Assembly: GCA_025603075.1 (NCBI GenBank)
Contig: MU626354.1
Coordinates: 17,311 to 81,310 of the forward strand
From: Neoconidiobolus thromboides FSU 785
Taxonomy: Eukaryota > Fungi > Entomophthoromycota
DNA length: 64,000 bases
Direction: 5' to 3'
Part shown: in pieces, positions 60,833 to 64,000 of the stretch
How positions within the stretch are numbered: the stretch's first letter is position 1
How the letters are laid out: every line of letters begins with the position of its first letter
The notes under the pieces: model-generated
Database searches by the model: none
The model's input: only the letters and a program-made list of their open reading frames with translations
What the model was told of the DNA's origin: nothing
Made by a program: the position numbers and the translations under genes

Positions 60833-62236
60833 ATTTTTTATATTTTGTATTGTTAATTTTGATACTGAAGGTTAATAAATATGATACTATACTCTATCAG
60901 GCTTTTATACTTTTTGATAAGTATTTGTTTATTATAAACACATTGTACTTTTATACTTGAATGGTCAGATACTATACAAAATAGAACTAAAGGGCACCTT
61001 AAATCATTTGTTACAGAAATATCCAACTGAATTATATCTTTCTCTATAATACAATTAAAGGTTCTTTATTTTGATTGAATTATCTTCTGCAGCTTTGTTT
61101 TTTGTCAATACATTCCATCTCCCTATCTTTATTACTGTTACTTAATCATATTAATTAAAAACTAAACTGATTATAAAGCGGAATAGATGTTCTTATGATT
61201 GAAAAAAAAATTAGAATTTTTCATCTTTTATTAAGAATACTCAGTACCCTTAAATTTGTTTATATTTTAAATTTAATTGATGATATGTAATTTAATTGTA
61301 ACCCTATTTTTTATTGGGAAGAAGCGATTTTATTTGTTTCTATTTTTATTCTTTATAAGTGAATACTACACATTATCAGATTTCATTATGCCTTGACCTC
61401 CATTTTAAACTCAATTATAATTATGTTTTTTATTAAGAAGGAATGGTTTCATTTATTTATCTTGATCTTTGTTTTTTATTAAACAATACTCGGTACTATT
61501 AACTTAACTGTACTTCAGTTCTATTGTGCAAGTTTTTGCTATGAAGAAATAGTTTTTTCATTATTGGCTTTGTCTTTATTAAAGAATAGTTGTCACTTTA
61601 AATTTTATTTTACTTTTAACTTAATAATAATGCACAATTAGCTACTATCCGACTTATTATTAAGAATAAATGGTTTTTATTTATATTCATGTTTTTTGTC
61701 CATGTTTATTCTTTACTTTTATTTTTTAATTTATTTTTAATATTTAAATGTCCTACTTAGAAACTATTCATATAACAGTTAACAATGTAATAACTATTAA
61801 TGTTAGGAAATTATATGTGTAAATTTTATGCTAAAATAGTATCATATTTATTATATGACGTATTTGAAGCTTTCAATAATATAACAAATTTAATAAAATA
61901 AGAGCGGATGTTTTTTAAATATTTCTTCCATTTTTCAACCTGTTTTAAAAAAACCTTAAATTTTCAAACAAAAAACACAAAAGTTTTACTACTTGAAGAG
62001 AAACAATATTACTATTTTTAATCCTTTGTTTTATGAAAAAGTAGATAAAACATTGAAATATTTAATAAATTCTATGTGAATAATAAGAATAAAGTTTAAG
62101 TTTTACAATCTTTAATACATCTCATTTTAGTTATGTTTGATAAAATCATTGATTGTATTTATAATCAAGATAATAATCCTACTATTTAATTTTTGCAATA
62201 ATCCCTTTATTATCATTATGTACAAATAATATATAT

Positions 62237-62335
62237 GGGGATGTTTTTTCGATTTCACCACTTTTTCTATTTTTTAAGTACTATTTAAGTGGAGAGACTG
62301 TTAGTAAAATTCTTAAATAAAAAAAACACATCACC
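62237..62335 (+). mobile_element. MITE copy
   Basis: TSD ATAT/ATAT. Confidence 0.9.
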
Positions 62336-62725
62336 ATATAGTATATCAATTTTATACTTTATTAGCATTTCTGTCCAATTAAAAAAATAACATGCATAGT
62401 TTAAACTTGAATTTTAATTTAGTTTTGTAAAACAGCACCAATTTATATTAGATAGCTCATACAAATACTAAAAGAAAGCATTTAAGTTATTCTAATTAAT
62501 GTCGTATATTTATTTTCCATATGAAATGTTACTTTGATTTAATAGCTCTAGAAGCTAACATTCTCTATTTAGTCAATTATCATAAATAATAATGATTTTA
62601 AAAAACCTAAGAATTACAACATACACAAAGTTTTTCCCTAGCTTTATACAGCAGTATTATTTAATTTCGATAAAAAATAAACAAAATGAAAAATAAAAAG
62701 GAAATAAAAGAATTGTTTATTGAAA

Positions 62726-63805
62726 TTAACATTCACCACCCAATCTAATACCCCAAACAGTCAAATGATCATTTACCGAAGGTTTGTACCATTTTGACGC
62801 AGAACAACTAGGATCTTCTAATTTATTAGTTTTACAATGAATATTTCTATCGCCATTAACCCAAAGCTCATTATGATGATGACAATAGTCAGAAACTGAA
62901 CTAAGCTTAGGTGGTAAATGAGGTACCATATCATTATTATTAACAACTCGAGTAAATGTAAAAGTTTGTTGATTCAAATATCGTGCAAATTCCTTATCTC
63001 CAACCCTTGGTTCTCCATAAGTAAATACTTGTAACTTATCATCTTTTAAGTTTAGTTTTTCTCTTAACATTAAAGAACTTAAAGTGGCTATTGAGCCACC
63101 CAAACTATGCCCAACAATAACTAATTTATAATCTTTATGCTCATTCATCAGTTGTTTTAACTTATTCATATACATTGGTAATAATTCATCACTACATTGT
63201 TTAAATCCACGATGAACTTTATATTCTTTTTTATCAAATATAATAGGATCTTTGAAAAACTTAGCATCTTGAATAAAGTTTCTTAATGAAGAACTCCCAC
63301 GAAAACCTAGAGTAATAGCTTTTTTCATATTATCAACAGCTAAATAGGCTTTAGTTTCTGTCTTTTTATCAAAATAAGTTCCTCGATGCTGAATCGGTAC
63401 ATGTTGACAATGAGAGCATGACCAATTCATTAAATTCATATCATTACAGTAAGCTGCACCTGCTAATCGAGCATAATATTTACTAGTTTGAATATCACTC
63501 ACTTTTAATTGAGTTGGTAATTCAATGGCACGTCCAGTAGCTTCCTCCTGGGACTCTGGTTCTAATTTGACATTTTCTTTCAAATAATTTAAATTTTCCA
63601 TCAAATCTTTAAAATAATCATCTTGTACTGGTTCCGTATTGTTAGTGCCAGTATTCAAACTGGGTTTAATATTATTTGATGGTAATACATTATCATTGGT
63701 AGTAGTAGTAGCACTGTTACCAGTTGTTTCAGTTGATTGACATTGAATTAATGATATGCCAAAAAATAAAGCAATAATAGCCGGATTATTGTAACTTAAG
63801 AGCAT
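62726..63805 (-). CDS. Secreted class-3 triacylglycerol lipase L6 (intact, intronless)
   Basis: Signal peptide, GHSLGG, DMVPHLPP, NDH. Confidence 0.93.
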   Translation of the reverse strand: MLLSYNNPAIIALFFGISLIQCQSTETTGNSATTTTNDNVLPSNNIKPSLNTGTNNTEPVQDDYFKDLMENLNYLKENVKLEPESQEEATGRAIELPTQLKVSDIQTSKYYARLAGAAYCNDMNLMNWSCSHCQHVPIQHRGTYFDKKTETKAYLAVDNMKKAITLGFRGSSSLRNFIQDAKFFKDPIIFDKKEYKVHRGFKQCSDELLPMYMNKLKQLMNEHKDYKLVIVGHSLGGSIATLSSLMLREKLNLKDDKLQVFTYGEPRVGDKEFARYLNQQTFTFTRVVNNNDMVPHLPPKLSSVSDYCHHHNELWVNGDRNIHCKTNKLEDPSCSASKWYKPSVNDHLTVWGIRLGGEC

Positions 63806-64000
63806 GTTTCTAATATATTATAGATGATTGATTTGATGTATGATTTTTATAAATATAAGGCCAACATTTACAGGGTTTATATACTTTTTTAATGAATACG
63901 TATTTAGTGTTACTATACTATGGGGTGATTTTACATAGTCTAGCTATTTGATAAAAACAAGACTAAAGATTAGTTGGAATCGTTAACTATCGATATATTT

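Noticed and set aside
61904-61980. Possible further MITE remnant
   Set aside because: Only terminal hints; core too eroded to call

Overview
AT-rich eukaryotic genomic DNA with short (~45-60 nt) GT-AG introns. Gene content (BZZ1, ISU1, RIM15-type kinase, ZUO1, LYS9, ATG15, Rhizopus-type secreted lipases) indicates a fungus; composition and gene set suggest an early-diverging lineage, possibly Conidiobolus-like (inference). Gene-dense housekeeping blocks alternate with AT-rich islands (about 7.5-10, 16-20.6, 35-36.7, 42.5-45.8 and 50-64 kb). The islands hold six paralogous class-3 secreted lipase loci: three intact, two clear pseudogenes, and one truncated copy lacking the catalytic His. They also hold about 19 copies of a ~99-bp MITE with GGGGATG...CATCCCC termini and a 4-bp target-site duplication (TSD). 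The strongest observations are this MITE-associated lipase birth-and-death cluster with a clear gene-conversion tract, a probable BRE/BABAM2 homolog, a U1/U11-like structured element with an Sm-type site, and a 33-bp hairpin. Exon boundaries were assembled by eye and family calls rest on remembered motifs; no searches were run.
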